Shown: positions 1 to 8,381, numbered from the stretch's first letter. The stretch: DNA of 32,000 bases from Coprobacillaceae bacterium (GCA_963675915.1 OY780959.1:120001-152000), one strand, 5' to 3'. Program-made: numbers and translations. The notes: generated from the sequence alone by a model not told the origin.

Positions 1-670
1 TGACGCTTATCTGGAATCGGTGGTGGATTTCTTGAACATGGTAACTGGCGAAGACCTGGTTCAAGCGGACGATCTTTTCGATGCAACACAAAATATCGAT
101 AGTTTCGCATCAGTTTCGGGAAGCCTTAAAAATCTGGCAATCAACCTCAACAAGATGTCAAATGACTTACGTCTTCTTTCAAGCGGTCCTAAAACCGGCA
201 TCAGTGAGATCAATCTTCCGGCCAAACAAAACGGTTCTTCAATTATGCCAGGTAAAGTCAATCCGGTCATCCCTGAAGTAATGAACCAAGTGGCATTTTG
301 CGTTATGGGTAACGACCTGACCATCTCCCTGGCAGCGCAAAACGGTCAATTGGAACTCAATGCCTTTGAACCGGTGCTTTTTACCAATCTTTTCGAGTCA
401 ATCACTACCCTGTCCAACGGAATCAAGACCCTGAGAGTAAACTGTATCCAAGGAATCACTGCCAACAAGGAACGTTGCCAGGATTTACTTGAGGAAAGTG
501 TTGGGATTGTAACAGCCCTTTGTCCGTACATCGGATACAATGAAGCGGCATCGATTGCCAAAGAATCATTGAAAACCAATGTAAAAATCAAAGATTTGCT
601 GCTGGAAAAAAATATCGTCACTTTGACGCAGTATAATGAAATAATGGATTACAGTCGTTTGACTAGATAA
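1..670 (+). CDS. aspA: aspartate ammonia-lyase, C-terminal ~220 aa (5' end lies left of the window)
   Basis: Frame is open from base 2. Contains the fumarate-lyase signature GSSIMPGKVNPVIPEV; the NPVIPE variant is typical of aspartase rather than fumarase. TAA stop at 668-670 is followed by a hairpin and T-run. Confidence 0.85.
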   Translation, partial: DAYLESVVDFLNMVTGEDLVQADDLFDATQNIDSFASVSGSLKNLAINLNKMSNDLRLLSSGPKTGISEINLPAKQNGSSIMPGKVNPVIPEVMNQVAFCVMGNDLTISLAAQNGQLELNAFEPVLFTNLFESITTLSNGIKTLRVNCIQGITANKERCQDLLEESVGIVTALCPYIGYNEAASIAKESLKTNVKIKDLLLEKNIVTLTQYNEIMDYSRLTR

Positions 671-677
671 TCCTGAT

Positions 678-716
678 CCCTCATCCCGTTTAAACCGGGT
701 GAGGGATTTTTTGATT
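678..716 (+). terminator. intrinsic terminator after aspA
   Basis: CCCTCATCCC (678-687) pairs with GGGTGAGGG (697-705) with one bulge, followed by TTTTTTGATTTT. Confidence 0.8.
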
Positions 717-780
717 TTGAGATTAGTCTGATGTGACCCAATTATTTATATAATGGGATGTTGTTTGGCTTTTACAAATT

Positions 781-809
781 ACCACTTGTTGCCAAATATC
801 GACCACTTG
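781..809 (+). promoter_or_regulatory. direct repeats ACCACTTG x2 (781-788, 802-809), 21-bp period; candidate LytTR binding site upstream of an extended -10 (TGgTAAAAT, 840-848)
   Basis: Two exact 8-mers spaced two helical turns apart, about 35-60 bp upstream of the putative -10. TTTACAAAT also occurs twice (771-779, 821-829). LytTR proteins are known to bind ~9-bp direct repeats with ~12-bp spacers. Confidence 0.35.
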
Positions 810-868
810 CCTTTGATTGATTTACAAATCCGCCAAACTTGGTAAAATGTAGTTGTGGAGAGATGATT

Positions 869-1321
869 ATGAAGATAAAAGTTGAAATTGACGAAGATAT
901 TGAAAAAGAGGAAATAGTGATTCGCTGCAAGAATCTCAACGACGAGATTGCCCAGTTGCAAAAATTGATCAATAATGCCATCAATCTGAAAAACCGGATT
1001 GTCTTTTTCAAAGGGGATATCCAATACTATCTGGATTTGAATGATGTGCTTTTTTTCGAAACGGAAGGTGACAAGGTGTACGCCCATACCAGTGAAGAGA
1101 TCTACATTATCAAATACCGCCTGTACGAGTTGGAAGAAATCCTGCCTGGTTATTTTCTCAGGATATCCAAGTCGGCGATATTGAATGTGAATCGGATTTT
1201 TTCAATCGACCGTAATTTGGCTTCTTCAAGTCTGGTATCTTTTCAAAACACTCACAAGAAAGTATATATATCACGAAGATATTTAAAACCACTGACCGAC
1301 AGGTTGGAGAAAAGAGGATAA
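869..1321 (+). CDS. LytTR-family DNA-binding transcriptional regulator (stand-alone, no receiver domain)
   Basis: The C-terminal ~100 aa look like a LytTR domain (LDLNDVLFFETEGDKVYAHT...YFLRISKSAILNVNRI). I prefer ATG 869, with GGAGAG at 857-862, over the TTG at 839 used by the ORF track; ATG 863 is also possible. Confidence 0.8.
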   Translation: MKIKVEIDEDIEKEEIVIRCKNLNDEIAQLQKLINNAINLKNRIVFFKGDIQYYLDLNDVLFFETEGDKVYAHTSEEIYIIKYRLYELEEILPGYFLRISKSAILNVNRIFSIDRNLASSSLVSFQNTHKKVYISRRYLKPLTDRLEKRG

Positions 1322-1325
1322 ATAA

Positions 1326-2030
1326 ATGAATCGAAATACAAGCAAGGTTTTTTGGGGATTGTTCTTTGTCGCTGGGGCGATATTCGTTCTGGTCAGTTCA
1401 ATGAACTTTTTTCCAGGCATCAATGCATTCACTTTCATACTGGCAGTATTACTGGCGGCAGGGTTTATCAGGAGTTTGGTAAACCTTGAATTTGCGGGAA
1501 TGCTGTTCTCACTGGCATTTCTGGCGATCTTGTTCGATGATCAGCTGGGAATAACCAATATTACACCATGGCCGGTTATTTTTGCAGCAGGTTTGGCTAG
1601 CGTTGGCTTGGGAATGCTCTTCAACAACCATAAAAGCATCAAAATCCATCACCGGCACGACGGGGAAGGTTTTAGCGAAACTGTCAACGAAGCTGACGGA
1701 AGTACCATCAACTACGGGACAAGTTTTGGTTCATCAATCAAATATGTAAATTCCAATGATTTTAGATCAGCTAATCTGGACTGCACTTTTTCAGCGATGA
1801 AAGTATACTTTGACAATGCCTCAATCGTCGGCGATGGAGCCACTATCAATCTTAATGTGACCTTCAGCGGCGTGGAACTTTATATTCCCAAAGAGTGGAA
1901 CGTAGTCAATCATGCCACAGCGACATTTGGATCGATTGACGAGAAGAATCGCCCCGGTAACTATATCACTCCGACCGTGATTCTGACTGGAACGGTAAGC
2001 TTCGCGGGAGTCGAGATCATTTATATCTAA
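1326..2030 (+). CDS. membrane protein with LiaF/DUF2154-like C-terminal domain; likely membrane partner of the LytTR regulator
   Basis: Three to four N-terminal transmembrane helices, then a beta-rich soluble domain (NLDCTFSAMKVYFDNASI...VTFSGVELYIPKEW). Starts 5 nt after the LytTR stop with its own RBS (GAGGA). Confidence 0.55.
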   Translation: MNRNTSKVFWGLFFVAGAIFVLVSSMNFFPGINAFTFILAVLLAAGFIRSLVNLEFAGMLFSLAFLAILFDDQLGITNITPWPVIFAAGLASVGLGMLFNNHKSIKIHHRHDGEGFSETVNEADGSTINYGTSFGSSIKYVNSNDFRSANLDCTFSAMKVYFDNASIVGDGATINLNVTFSGVELYIPKEWNVVNHATATFGSIDEKNRPGNYITPTVILTGTVSFAGVEIIYI

Positions 2031-2044
2031 AGGACGGAAATATT

Positions 2045-2512
2045 ATGGCTAAAAAATCATATAATGAAAAACTCAATGACAGCAAAGACATGCCCAAAAT
2101 ATCGATTTTGGAAGATCCCAAGGCGATTCAGCGGTACAAGGGCCAAAAATTGCTGATTGCTGCGCCTATTGAGTACGATGAACTGATGAAAAGGATTCCT
2201 CAGGGCCAGTTGACTACATCAGTTGAACTTCGCAAGTACTTGGCCAAGCGCCATCAAGCGGACAATACTTGTCCCTTGACAGCGGGGATTTTCATCAATA
2301 TCGTCGCTCATGCATCAGTGGAACGGAATGGGGAAAACATCACTCCCTATTGGCGGACTCTGAAAAAAGATGGTGAACTCAATCCCAAATATCCAGGTGG
2401 AATCGAAGATTCGATAATCGAACTTGAAAGTGAAGGACATACGATAATCAAAAAGGGCAAGAGATATTTTGTTGAAAATTATCAGGACAAGCTGTTTGAT
2501 CTTGATAAATAA
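2045..2512 (+). CDS. MGMT/ATL-like DNA-binding-domain family protein (tentative)
   Basis: The pattern IPQGQLTTSVELRKYLA...TCPLTAG...PYWRTLKKDGEL resembles the methyltransferase DNA-binding fold without the PCHR active-site Cys. Recognised by memory only. Confidence 0.45.
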   Translation: MAKKSYNEKLNDSKDMPKISILEDPKAIQRYKGQKLLIAAPIEYDELMKRIPQGQLTTSVELRKYLAKRHQADNTCPLTAGIFINIVAHASVERNGENITPYWRTLKKDGELNPKYPGGIEDSIIELESEGHTIIKKGKRYFVENYQDKLFDLDK

Positions 2513-2595
2513 GTGCATAATATTTGAATTCTAGGCTATTTGGAGTTAAACTATATAAGTAATTACTTATATAGTTATTGGAAAGGAATATCATA

Positions 2596-2787
2596 ATGAG
2601 TTCAAAAAAATTAATCGTAGTCAAAGAGCGTTGTCCGCAAAACCATCCGTGTCCATCGGTTCCGATTTGTCCTGTCGGTGCTTTGAAGCAAAATGGGTTT
2701 GAAGCCCCTACTGTGGATTTGGATCTATGTATCAATTGCGGGAAATGCACCAGATTCTGTCCAATGGGTGCGCTGCAAATCGTTTAG
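2596..2787 (+). CDS. small 4Fe-4S ferredoxin-type protein
   Basis: Cys-rich: CPQNHPCPSVPICPVGA and CINCGKCTRFCPMGA. ATG 2596 is preceded by GGAAAGGAA; the track's TTG at 2578 is less likely. Confidence 0.7.
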   Translation: MSSKKLIVVKERCPQNHPCPSVPICPVGALKQNGFEAPTVDLDLCINCGKCTRFCPMGALQIV

Positions 2788-2801
2788 TCAACCCAAAAAA
2801 T

Positions 2802-2834
2802 AACGGGAAATCAACTGATTAACCCGTTTTTTTT
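2802..2834 (+). terminator. intrinsic terminator
   Basis: AACGGG-A-AATCA pairs with TGATT-AA-CCCGTT, followed by a T8 run. Confidence 0.7.
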
Positions 2835-2995
2835 ATTGGATTTTAGCCAAAATATTGGTGCAGGCCACAAAAATTTCAAGTAATAAGCCATATTGTTTGA
2901 GATATCGGGTTAATGTATTATAATTTTATTATACAGAGTATAGAAATGACGACACATATGTAACGTGGTAAAGGTAAGGCAAGTAGGGGGAAAAA

Positions 2996-3271
2996 ATGGA
3001 TAGAAACTGTATTAAATCTAAAATTGATTCTTATTTAAATGAAAATGAAATTACTACCAACCAATACAAATCAATTGTCAATCTGATGGAGTTGGTGAGT
3101 TACAAGATTGATTGTGGCGAAAAAATTGGTAGAAGTTACTATGAAAATCGCATTTTTGAAATTATGCCTGATATCGAAGGCGAGGAACATGTTTGCGAGT
3201 ATATCGCTAAATTATTTTTGAACGTAGAAAATAACGGAAACGTCTATAAATCTTTTTATAAAGAAATTTAG
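2996..3271 (+). CDS. hypothetical protein (91 aa, acidic, no motif recognised)
   Basis: Strong RBS (GGGGGA) 6 nt upstream of the ATG; coding-like composition. Confidence 0.5.
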   Translation: MDRNCIKSKIDSYLNENEITTNQYKSIVNLMELVSYKIDCGEKIGRSYYENRIFEIMPDIEGEEHVCEYIAKLFLNVENNGNVYKSFYKEI

Positions 3272-3400
3272 GAGCGTTGCCAACTATAACAGTCTGGTTT
3301 TGAATCATGCTGATTGGCTTTGCCGCTGATTGATTGTGATTCATTTCTCTCTGTATATTTTAATAATAATAATAACTAATTTGCCTTAATACCATACCAT

Positions 3401-3424
3401 GACGACGTCAAAGTCGTCTTTTCA
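3401..3424 (+). terminator. intrinsic terminator
   Basis: GACGAC-gtcaaa-GTCGTC followed by TTTTC. Confidence 0.5.
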
Positions 3425-3561
3425 TTTGCCTGGGGATCAGGTTATAATCTTAAGATTCCCTTAATAATTCCAAGAATATTTGCGCGTGTTTTTCAATGAG
3501 TTTACAATAAACATGTAAAGTAGATTTAATTATAATGGAAATCATAAGAGGGGGAAATTGG

Positions 3562-3732
3562 ATGAACCGACATTTGATTATCAGATTCTTGGCGGCCCTG
3601 GTCTGGTTGGCGATGGCTGTTTTCGAATATTTCAATGATCAGCTTGCGCTGGGAATTATTTATCTTGTTTTTGGAATCACATTCCTGATTCAGACCATCC
3701 GGTTGTTTCGAAAAAAAGATAATGGCTGCTAA
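3562..3732 (+). CDS. small membrane protein (56 aa, two TM helices)
   Basis: ATG 3562 is preceded by AGAGGGGGA. Hydrophobic sequence LIIRFLAALVWLAMAVF...LGIIYLVFGITFLI. Confidence 0.55.
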   Translation: MNRHLIIRFLAALVWLAMAVFEYFNDQLALGIIYLVFGITFLIQTIRLFRKKDNGC

Positions 3733-3745
3733 AACGATAACGACT

Positions 3746-3770
3746 AAAAGTCACGTGAGTGACTTTTTTG
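3746..3770 (+). terminator. intrinsic terminator
   Basis: AAAAGTCAC-gtga-GTGACTTTT followed by a T run. Confidence 0.8.
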
Positions 3771-3845
3771 TATTATATAAGTAGGGGATATGTTGTTGTT
3801 CCTGGTTTTATAATACGTTTATATAGAATATGATATAATGGGTTT

Positions 3846-4071
3846 GTAGAGATGTTCAAACCATGAGATTCCTTTTAGGAAAGCTCGCAAAAACTGCTGT
3901 AGCTTTGACTACTGTTGGCAGTCACCTCTACACTATATGAACATATGAAGCCGGGGCAATTAATTACTCTCGGCTTTGTTTTTTTGTAGGCATACAAATA
4001 ATAGAGTGAAGGAAAGCAAGGATATGTGGCTTTTGGAACTTCGAGTTCGTAAATAAAAATATCCTGCTTCC
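3846..4071 (+). ncRNA. candidate structured ncRNA in the IS110 left arm (possible bridge RNA)
   Basis: Extended -10 TGaTATAAT at 3831-3839. Hairpins follow: GGTTTG/CAAACC (3841-3863), GAGATTCC/GGAAAGCTC, ACTGC...GCAGT, and AAGCCG/CGGCTT plus a T7 run (3948-3985). A 13-bp stem (4011-4025 with 4059-4071) encloses a symmetric 10/10-nt internal loop and a distal hairpin GAACT-tcg-AGTTC (4036-4048). Function is inferred, not shown. Confidence 0.3.
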
Positions 4072-4203
4072 TTTTGTGACTAAGAATCCGTTTAAATCTA
4101 AGTAGGACGACATATAGTGTTGAACCTGTATCCATAACAAAAATTGGTCAGTCATGAAAAAGGGAGTTTGCTTTCACTAAAATACAGAAAGAAGGAATGA
4201 AGA

Positions 4204-5412
4204 ATGCAAGGCCCAGTAATTGCCATTGACGTTTCGAAAGGTTCCAGTCACATGCAGGGATACTCTGAATTCAATGTCAAATTGCACAAAGTCAAAGTAA
4301 TCACCCATAACAAGTCCGGTTTTCAGGAGATTATCGCACTCAAAAATGAGTTGGCACAGAAAACCGGAAAAGAAGTATCAGTAGTATTCGAAGCTACCGG
4401 AGTATATCATCGGCCTCTGGAAAAGTTTCTTACAGACAATGGAATCAGGCATTATGTTATCAATCCATTGATTGCTGCAAAAGTCAGAAAAAGTTCGAGT
4501 CTTAGAAGTCCTAAAACCGACAAGTTAGACCCCAAAATAATTGCCAAAGTATATTACACCAAACAGCTACGAATTAACCACAAACGAAGCGACAAATACC
4601 ATCAAATGCGAGAATTGTCGAGATATTATGAAGATTTGATGAATCATATCCGAAAAGACAAGGTGACTTTTAGAGCGTATCTCGATATGGTTTTTCCTGG
4701 TTATGGCGAATTATTTGATGATCTGTACGCTGACGGTTCTTTGACAATTTTAGAGAAATATCCCCATCCGGAGTTGCTTGCAAAAAAGCATACTAAGACA
4801 GTCTCCAAATATGTCCAAAATCATACTTGTCATCGAGAAAAGGTCAGTAATTATTTGGCTATAAAAGTGATTGAATTTGCCAAAACTGTTTATTCGTGTT
4901 GCGAAAAAGATGATGTGGAGGTTGAGCTGCTTAGAAGACAACTTATGATCTTGAAGAACCATAAAAAAGAGGCTGACGACATATTGGATAGGCTAATCTA
5001 TTTGGCCCAAGATATCCCGAACTTTGCAATCATCAAAAGCATCCCGGGGATTGGGGATAACTTAGCCAGTAGAATTATAGCCGAACTTGGAGATATTGAT
5101 AAATATGACAGATATCAACAAATTGTAGCTGCCGCCGGAATTGATCCTAGAGTCTATCAATCAGGGAAGAAAGATGGTCACCACATGAAAATATCCAAAA
5201 AAGGTAATAAAAGATTGCGGACTCTTCTATACTTGGCGGTGAGAGGGTCTATCAGATGGAAGGACAATAAAATCAAAGATTATTACAAAAAGAAAAGGCA
5301 GCAATCGAATCCGATGAATTCGAAAGCCGCCAAGATTGCATGTGCTACTAAATTGATTAGAATAATCTATAGCATGTGCAACACCGGTACATTGTACCAA
5401 TATGATTTATAA
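4204..5412 (+). CDS. IS110-family transposase/recombinase (DEDD N-terminal domain plus Transposase_20 C-terminal domain)
   Basis: N-terminus VIAIDVSKGS...VVFEATGVYH; C-terminus IKSIPGIGDNLASRIIAELGDIDKY...AAGIDPRVYQSGKK...ISKKGNKRLRTLLYLA. RBS GAAGGAA. Confidence 0.9.
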   Translation: MQGPVIAIDVSKGSSHMQGYSEFNVKLHKVKVITHNKSGFQEIIALKNELAQKTGKEVSVVFEATGVYHRPLEKFLTDNGIRHYVINPLIAAKVRKSSSLRSPKTDKLDPKIIAKVYYTKQLRINHKRSDKYHQMRELSRYYEDLMNHIRKDKVTFRAYLDMVFPGYGELFDDLYADGSLTILEKYPHPELLAKKHTKTVSKYVQNHTCHREKVSNYLAIKVIEFAKTVYSCCEKDDVEVELLRRQLMILKNHKKEADDILDRLIYLAQDIPNFAIIKSIPGIGDNLASRIIAELGDIDKYDRYQQIVAAAGIDPRVYQSGKKDGHHMKISKKGNKRLRTLLYLAVRGSIRWKDNKIKDYYKKKRQQSNPMNSKAAKIACATKLIRIIYSMCNTGTLYQYDL

Positions 5413-5735
5413 ACTTATTATACAACGACTCGCTGTGAAAAAAAAGCCATTTTCATGGCCTTTTCGTCGTTGTTTCAAATGATATGGAAATCTTATTAGT
5501 AAAAGACTTGATTTCTATTACCTAATTTTATTTGCTTCATTATTGGCATTTTTTCAAGGCTGAGAGTTGCCAAGATAAATCAGAAATTTTAATTGTGAAG
5601 CGGTGTTTTAAAGAAAATGATTGACTCTATGACTGATATAGAGATTATGATTGGATAAACTGGAAATGGTTTAAATTCAGATGATCTTTAATCAGAAGGG
5701 TTACTGTGATTTAAGATCTTACAAAAAGGAGAAAA

Positions 5736-6938
5736 ATGATGTTTAAAGAAACAGACAAGGAATTCAGCTATGAAACTTCAATCCTGCGTCAAGGGGCTTA
5801 CGTAAATGCCCCGGTCGACAATCCGGAAGCACTGCCGCTGTATCTGACGACGGCTTTCAATGTCGAAGATCTGGATGATTTGTATCAACGTTATGAAAAC
5901 AAAGGGTATTGTTATAATCGCAACCGCAATCCCAACCGCACAGCCTTGATTGAGCTGATGTCATACTGTGAAAACGGGGAGGCTTCAGTCATCTGCAGCT
6001 CGGGGATGGCCGCAATATCGACTTCAATCATGACAATGGTGAAATCGGGCGACCATGTGCTGTCGGATATGACTTTGTATGGTGAGACAATTGAAATATT
6101 TACGAATATCTTAAGCAATTACGGGGTTACTGTCGATTTTGTGGATTTCACCAATTTGACTGATGTCAAGGCCGGAATCAAAGAAAATACCACGCTGCTG
6201 TTTACTGAGACAGTGTCCAACCCGATGATAACGGTACCCGATATCGAGCATATTGCCAAACTGGCTCATCAGGCCGGGGCTATCTTGATCGTTGATAACA
6301 CCTTCATGACATCGGTTGCCTTTAAACCTTTGGACCATGGGGCGGATATCGTAGTTAATAGTCTTACCAAATTTGCCAACGGACACAGTGATGCGGTTTG
6401 CGGGGCAGCGACGGGATCGAAGGAACTGATTGATCGGATCCTGGCCAATCAGGTCTTGTTGGGAAGTCAGGCGGATCCGTTTACTTCATGGCTGGTTGCC
6501 AGAGGAATGCGGACAATGCAACTGCGGGTTGAAAAGCAAATGGTGAATGCCGCGAAACTTGCGGCGGCGCTGGAGCGGTCACCTTATGTAAAAAAAGTCT
6601 TCCACCCAGCCCTGGATTCCCATCCTCAGCATGATTTGGCTCTTAAAGAATTCAAAACGGTCGAAAAGTGTGGCGGGATGATAACCGTTTTACTAGAGGA
6701 TGATCTTGGGAAAATGAATGATTTCATGCGAAAACTAAACCTGGCCCATTATGCCATGACTTTGGGGGGCTATCGTACTACACTTTCCCATCCGGTATCT
6801 TCGTCACACTATGACACTACCGAAGAGGAGCGAGCCAAAATGGGGATATCATTCGGTTTGCTCAGGATATCGGTGGGAATTGAAAATCCCGATGAACTGG
6901 TTGCGGACTTCATTAATGCGCTGGAAGTCTACGCTTAG
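5736..6938 (+). CDS. Cys/Met-metabolism PLP-dependent enzyme (cystathionine gamma-synthase/beta-lyase/methionine gamma-lyase family), paralog 1
   Basis: About 400 aa. SSGMAAIS, DNTFMTS and the PLP-lysine motif NSLTKFANGHSD are present. It carries YNRNRNPNR where the family usually has NPT. RBS AAGGAG. Confidence 0.8.
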   Translation: MMFKETDKEFSYETSILRQGAYVNAPVDNPEALPLYLTTAFNVEDLDDLYQRYENKGYCYNRNRNPNRTALIELMSYCENGEASVICSSGMAAISTSIMTMVKSGDHVLSDMTLYGETIEIFTNILSNYGVTVDFVDFTNLTDVKAGIKENTTLLFTETVSNPMITVPDIEHIAKLAHQAGAILIVDNTFMTSVAFKPLDHGADIVVNSLTKFANGHSDAVCGAATGSKELIDRILANQVLLGSQADPFTSWLVARGMRTMQLRVEKQMVNAAKLAAALERSPYVKKVFHPALDSHPQHDLALKEFKTVEKCGGMITVLLEDDLGKMNDFMRKLNLAHYAMTLGGYRTTLSHPVSSSHYDTTEEERAKMGISFGLLRISVGIENPDELVADFINALEVYA

Positions 6939-7033
6939 TCTCCCGCTAATTTCGCGGATAGATAATTAAATATTGGAAGAAATGGGCATAGTGCCTGTCT
7001 AACTAAAATAATAAAGGGAAATGGAGCAGCGAA

Positions 7034-8242
7034 ATGGAAAAATTTGAATTTGAAGATATGGAATTTTCAGAAGGAACAAGACTTTTATATGAAGGACATC
7101 ACGTCAAGGGAATGGAGCTTGCTCCTGAAGCATTTCCATTGTTTATGACAAGCGCTTTTACGATGGGAAATCTCGAAGACGTCGAAAAGGCTTATGAACA
7201 AAAACGCTACACCTATATCCGGACTCGCAATCCCAACCGCAAAGCATTGGCGGATGTTTTGACGTATCTGGAAAAAGGAAGGGATACCCTGATTTTCAGT
7301 TCCGGAATGGGGGCAATCACAACAACATTCTTTGCCTTGTTGAAACCGGGTGACCACTTCTTATGCAACGAGAATATTTATGGGGAAACCTATGACGCGA
7401 TTACGACATTACTGGTTAACTATGGAGTTGAAAGTGACTTTGTTCCTTTTGATGATCTGGGTGCGGTTGAGCAGGCAATCAGGCCCAATACCAAGATGGT
7501 CTACACCGAAGTCGCCAGCAATCCGACTGACAAACTCTGCGATATCGAAGCAATTGCCAAACTGGCACATGAAGCCAAAGCCTTGTTCATGGTTGACAAT
7601 ACCTTCACAACGCCTTTTTGTATCAAGCCTCTTGAACTGGGAGCGGATATCGTCATCAACAGTCTGACCAAGTTTTTGAACGGCCATTCCGATGCCTTGG
7701 CCGGTTCGATCACCCTTAATGATATGAGCATCTACGAACAGGTCCATAATGTCAGAATGCTGACAGGAACAAGTGGGTGTCCGATGGCTTCTTGGATGAT
7801 TTACCGCGGTATTCATACGGCAGATCTTAGAATCAAGCGCCAATGTGAAAATGCTGCAAAACTGGCCCTGGCTTTAGCTAAGAACCCCAATGTCATCAAG
7901 GTCAATCACCCAGCCGTCGCGACCCATCCTCAACACGAGTTAGGCAAGAAAATGTTCAAAAGGCCCGAATTGATTACCGGGATGCTCAGTTTTGAAATGC
8001 CGGGCGACAAAAATAAGATCTCTCAGTTCATGGATCTCCTTCATCTGCCTCATTATGCCCCGACCCTTGGAGGAATCAGGACCACGCTTTCTTATCCACT
8101 GCTTTCTTCACATATGCATGTCCCTGAGGAAGACTTGAAGAAAATGGATATTTCAGCCGGTCTGATGCGGGTATCGGTGGGAATTGAAGATATCGACGAT
8201 TTGATTAAGGATTTTGAAAATGCGTTGAAAGTATTTGATTGA
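7034..8242 (+). CDS. Cys/Met-metabolism PLP-dependent enzyme, paralog 2
   Basis: Same architecture: SSGMGAIT, DNTFTTP, NSLTKFLNGHSD and YIRTRNPNR. GGAG lies 7 nt upstream of the ATG. Confidence 0.8.
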   Translation: MEKFEFEDMEFSEGTRLLYEGHHVKGMELAPEAFPLFMTSAFTMGNLEDVEKAYEQKRYTYIRTRNPNRKALADVLTYLEKGRDTLIFSSGMGAITTTFFALLKPGDHFLCNENIYGETYDAITTLLVNYGVESDFVPFDDLGAVEQAIRPNTKMVYTEVASNPTDKLCDIEAIAKLAHEAKALFMVDNTFTTPFCIKPLELGADIVINSLTKFLNGHSDALAGSITLNDMSIYEQVHNVRMLTGTSGCPMASWMIYRGIHTADLRIKRQCENAAKLALALAKNPNVIKVNHPAVATHPQHELGKKMFKRPELITGMLSFEMPGDKNKISQFMDLLHLPHYAPTLGGIRTTLSYPLLSSHMHVPEEDLKKMDISAGLMRVSVGIEDIDDLIKDFENALKVFD

Positions 8243-8304
8243 TTTTTTCGCTCACCAAGCCTATCAGATGGCTGGAGCAAAAAAACCATTATTTTGAGAA
8301 ACTC

Positions 8305-8347
8305 AAACAAACCCAAAGCTGATTTTGCCAGAGCTTTGGGTTTGTTT
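8305..8347. terminator. bidirectional terminator between convergent genes
   Basis: 16-bp perfect stem AAACAAACCCAAAGCT/AGCTTTGGGTTTGTTT with an 11-nt loop. A T-rich tract follows on the plus strand. Confidence 0.8.
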
Positions 8348-8381
8348 TGTTTATTTTTTCAATTGATGATGGAATCGTCAG

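Larger units (their letters stand above)
3771..5473 (+). mobile_element. IS110-family insertion sequence (boundaries approximate)
   Basis: Contains an IS110-type transposase preceded by a long non-coding arm and followed by a short one. IS110 elements lack terminal inverted repeats, so the ends cannot be fixed from a single copy. The limits given are the flanking terminator (3770) and the compound hairpin 5422-5473. Confidence 0.5.

Noticed and set aside
3875-4155. Two overlapping minus-strand ORFs (86 and 63 aa) upstream of the IS110 transposase.
   Set aside because: They have no RBS, overlap each other and coincide with the strongly structured non-coding arm of the IS.
5459-5471. The 12-mer CTTTTCGTCGTT, shared between 5459-5471 and 25163-25175.
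   Set aside because: Several chance 12-mer repeats are expected in 32 kb of AT-rich DNA. Both copies are simply T-rich terminator tails.
5413-5735. Looked for an S-box (SAM-I), another SAM riboswitch or a T-box leader upstream of the PLP-enzyme genes.
   Set aside because: I saw no conserved cores, such as a T-box sequence, a specifier stem or GC-rich S-box helices. The region is AT-rich with only short hairpins. A covariance-model scan would be needed to be sure.
7085-7843. Antisense or alternative-frame ORFs inside the PLP genes. Comparable ones from the track lie inside aspA, the PRD regulator, EIIC, both GH1 genes, the esterase, the RT, the M20 hydrolase, the MBL-rhodanese gene and the permease.
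   Set aside because: All are embedded in longer ORFs with clear family motifs, lack an RBS and have skewed amino-acid composition. I treat them as shadow ORFs.
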